DNA of 60,591 bases, the filler included. It is 5 parts of 5 records of this genome, joined end to end, with 100 filler letters (N's around TTAATTAATTAA, not from the genome) between each part and the next. Parts side by side here need not be neighbours in the genome. Positions count along the whole stretch, not along the records: positions 55,287 to 60,591 come from DRR723986_21807; 4 more parts are not named here. One strand, given 5' to 3'. Both the position numbers and the translations under genes were made by a program. The notes below the pieces were generated by a model that ran no database searches, was not told the origin of the DNA, and saw only the letters and a list, made by a program, of their open reading frames with translations. This document shows, in pieces, positions 58,391 to 60,591 of this stretch. The stretch's first letter is position 1, and each line of letters starts with the position of its first letter.

Positions 58391-59482
58391 ATGCAGACGC
58401 CCTATTACCTGATCGACAAGGCCCGCCTGCTGCCGAACATGGAAAAGATCGCATGGCTGCGCGAGCAATCCGGCGCCAAGGCATTGCTGGCGCTGAAATG
58501 CTTCGCGACGTGGTCGGTCTTCGACATGATGAGCGAGTACATGGACGGCACGACCTCCTCCTCGCTCTTCGAGGTCAAGCTGGGGCGCGAGAAGTTTCCC
58601 GGCGAAACCCACGCCTATTCCGTCGCATGGGCGCCCGGGGAAATCGACGAGGTTCTGGCCTCTTCGGACAAGATCATCTTCAACACCGCCCAGCAGCTGA
58701 CCCGCTTCGAAGAGGTCTCGCGGGGGCACACCCGCGGGTTGCGCGTGAACCCGGGCGTGTCGACCAGCGGCTTCGACCTCGCCGACCCGGCGCGTCCCTT
58801 CTCGCGGCTTGGCGAACACGCCCCCGAGGACATCGAGCCGGTGGCCGACCTCATCAGCGGCTTCATGTTCCACAACAACTGCGAGAACGCGGATTTCGAA
58901 CGTTTCGACGCGATGCTGGGGATGATCGAGCAACGCTTCGGGTCCCTGATCCGCCGCATGGACTGGATCTCGCTCGGCGGCGGCATCCACTTCACCGGCG
59001 AGGGCTACCCGCTCGACAAGCTGGCCGAACGCCTGAAACGCTTCGCCGGCACGAACGAGGTGCAGGTCTATCTGGAGCCGGGCGAGGCCGCGATCACCAA
59101 CTCCACCACGCTCGAGGTGACGGTGCTCGACACGCTCTACAACGGCAAGAACCTCGCCATCGTGGACAGCTCGATCGAGGCGCATATGCTCGACCTGCTG
59201 ATCTACCGCGAAAGCGCCAAGATGGCCGAGGCGGGTGAACAGGAATGGATGATCTGCGGCAAAAGCTGCCTTGCGGGCGATATCTTCGGAGAGTTCCGCT
59301 TTCCCGAGCCCCTGAAGCCCGGCGACCGCCTGTCCATCGACGACGCCGCCGGTTACACGATGGTCAAGAAGAACTGGTTCAACGGGGTGCAGATGCCGTC
59401 CATCGCGATCCGGGAACTTGACGGAACGGAACGCCTCGTGCGCTCTTTCGACTACCAGGATTTCGCGGCGGCCCTGTCGTGA
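58391..59482 (+). CDS. nspC: Carboxynorspermidine decarboxylase
   Basis: LLALKCF, SRLG, SLGGG, LEPGEA, SCLAGD, YTMVK..WFNG. Confidence 0.92.
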   Translation: MQTPYYLIDKARLLPNMEKIAWLREQSGAKALLALKCFATWSVFDMMSEYMDGTTSSSLFEVKLGREKFPGETHAYSVAWAPGEIDEVLASSDKIIFNTAQQLTRFEEVSRGHTRGLRVNPGVSTSGFDLADPARPFSRLGEHAPEDIEPVADLISGFMFHNNCENADFERFDAMLGMIEQRFGSLIRRMDWISLGGGIHFTGEGYPLDKLAERLKRFAGTNEVQVYLEPGEAAITNSTTLEVTVLDTLYNGKNLAIVDSSIEAHMLDLLIYRESAKMAEAGEQEWMICGKSCLAGDIFGEFRFPEPLKPGDRLSIDDAAGYTMVKKNWFNGVQMPSIAIRELDGTERLVRSFDYQDFAAALS

Positions 59483-59532
59483 TGAAGCCGCGCCCCCCGG
59501 GGCGCATGACTTACAGCCAAGGAGGGACCGGC

Positions 59533-60591
59533 GTGAAGAAGACCGTTCTCATCATCGGCGCCGGTGGCGTCGCTCAGGTGGTCGCCCATAAATGCGCCCA
59601 GAACAACGACGTGCTGGGCGACCTGCACATTGCCAGCCGGACGAAGTCGAAATGCGACGACATCATCGCCAGCGTCCATGACAAGGGCGCGATGAAGGTC
59701 GAGGGCACCTTCGAGGCCCATGCGGTGGACGCCACCGACAGCGCCGCCGTGGCCGCGCTGATCCGCCAGACCGGTGCGCAGATCTGCATCAACGTGGGCA
59801 CCGCCTTCGTGAACATGCACGTCCTCGACGGCTGCATCGAAACCGGCTGCGCCTATATCGACACGGCGATCCACGAAGAGCCCGACAAGATCTGCGAGAC
59901 CCCGCCGTGGTATGCCAACTACGAGTGGAAGAAGCGCGACCTCTGCGCGGAAAAGGGCGTGACCGCGATCCTCGGCGCGGGCTTCGACCCGGGCGTGGTG
60001 AACGCCTACGCCCGCTTCGCCATCGACCAGATGGACGAGGTCAAAAGCATCGACATCGTCGACATCAATGCGGGCTCGCACGGCAAGTACTTCGCCACCA
60101 ACTTCGACCCCGAGATCAACTTCCGCGAATTCACCGGCGTGGTCTACTACTGGGAAGACAAGCAGTGGAAAGAGACGACGATGTTCGCCTCGGGCCACGA
60201 ATGGGACCTGCCGGTCGTCGGACCCTCCAAGGCCTACCAGTCCGGCCATGACGAGGTGCACTCGCTCGCCACCAACTACCCCGACGCGGACGTGCGCTTC
60301 TGGATGGGCTTCGGCGACCACTACATCAACGTCTTCACGGTGCTGAAGAACATCGGCCTGCTGTCGGAACAGCCCGTCAAACTCGCCGACGGCGGAGAGG
60401 TCGTGCCGCTCAAGGTCGTCAAGGCCTGCCTGCCCGACCCTGCCAGCCTCGCGCCCGACTACACCGGCAAGACCTGCATCGGCGACCTCGTGAAGGGCAC
60501 GAAGGACGGTCAGCCGGTCGAATACTTCGTCTACAACGTGGCCGACCACAAGGACGCCTACGAGGAAGTCGGCAGCCAGGGCATTTCCTAC
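59533..60591 (+). CDS. Carboxynorspermidine dehydrogenase (saccharopine dehydrogenase family), 3' truncated
   Basis: Not in ORF track. GTG start after GGAGG; VLIIGAGGV, GFDPG, FATNFDPEINFRE. Confidence 0.9.
   Translation, partial: MKKTVLIIGAGGVAQVVAHKCAQNNDVLGDLHIASRTKSKCDDIIASVHDKGAMKVEGTFEAHAVDATDSAAVAALIRQTGAQICINVGTAFVNMHVLDGCIETGCAYIDTAIHEEPDKICETPPWYANYEWKKRDLCAEKGVTAILGAGFDPGVVNAYARFAIDQMDEVKSIDIVDINAGSHGKYFATNFDPEINFREFTGVVYYWEDKQWKETTMFASGHEWDLPVVGPSKAYQSGHDEVHSLATNYPDADVRFWMGFGDHYINVFTVLKNIGLLSEQPVKLADGGEVVPLKVVKACLPDPASLAPDYTGKTCIGDLVKGTKDGQPVEYFVYNVADHKDAYEEVGSQGISY

Noticed and set aside
56078-60549. Long antisense ORFs (438, 344, 305, 365 aa)
   Set aside because: High-GC shadows of clear genes on the opposite strand.

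Overview
The window joins five unrelated contigs with four artificial 100-nt linkers (N44-TTAATTAATTAA-N44 at 12948-13047, 21054-21153, 36536-36635, 55187-55286), so nothing should be inferred across the joins. (1) 1-12947, Bacteroidota-like: eboC/eboB/eboA, a PaxB/Pyr4-like membrane terpene-cyclase homologue, a molybdenum-cofactor cluster, TPM-TPM-LemA and an aspartyl protease-PDZ gene. (2) 13048-21053, Planctomycetota-like: P-II, a ThuA-type protein, an orphan gene pair and a two-gene POTRA + Omp85/BamA locus. (3) 21154-36535, FCB-group-like: symporter, vWA and LVIVD proteins and three paralogous T9SS-cargo beta-propeller proteins. (4) 36636-55186, Planctomycetota-like: a minus-strand array of 33 tRNA or tRNA-like genes plus one truncated gene, covering 18 amino acids with many non-canonical structures. 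It is followed by an accessory region (GNAT gene split by a cassette between 106-bp direct repeats, LRR protein, candidate RNA end-healing genes), a housekeeping tRNA-Asn and core genes. (5) 55287-60591, Rhodobacteraceae-like: icd, polysaccharide export protein, metallophosphoesterase, nspC and carboxynorspermidine dehydrogenase. The best candidate for an undescribed system is the array leader: an ECF-type promoter, a 52-codon leader ORF containing all 20 amino acids whose stop codon lies inside an antiterminator strand, and an intrinsic terminator just before the first tRNA. This looks like a general translation-sensing attenuator controlling a backup tRNA set. All tRNA calls were folded by hand and protein calls rest on motif recognition; no database searches were run.
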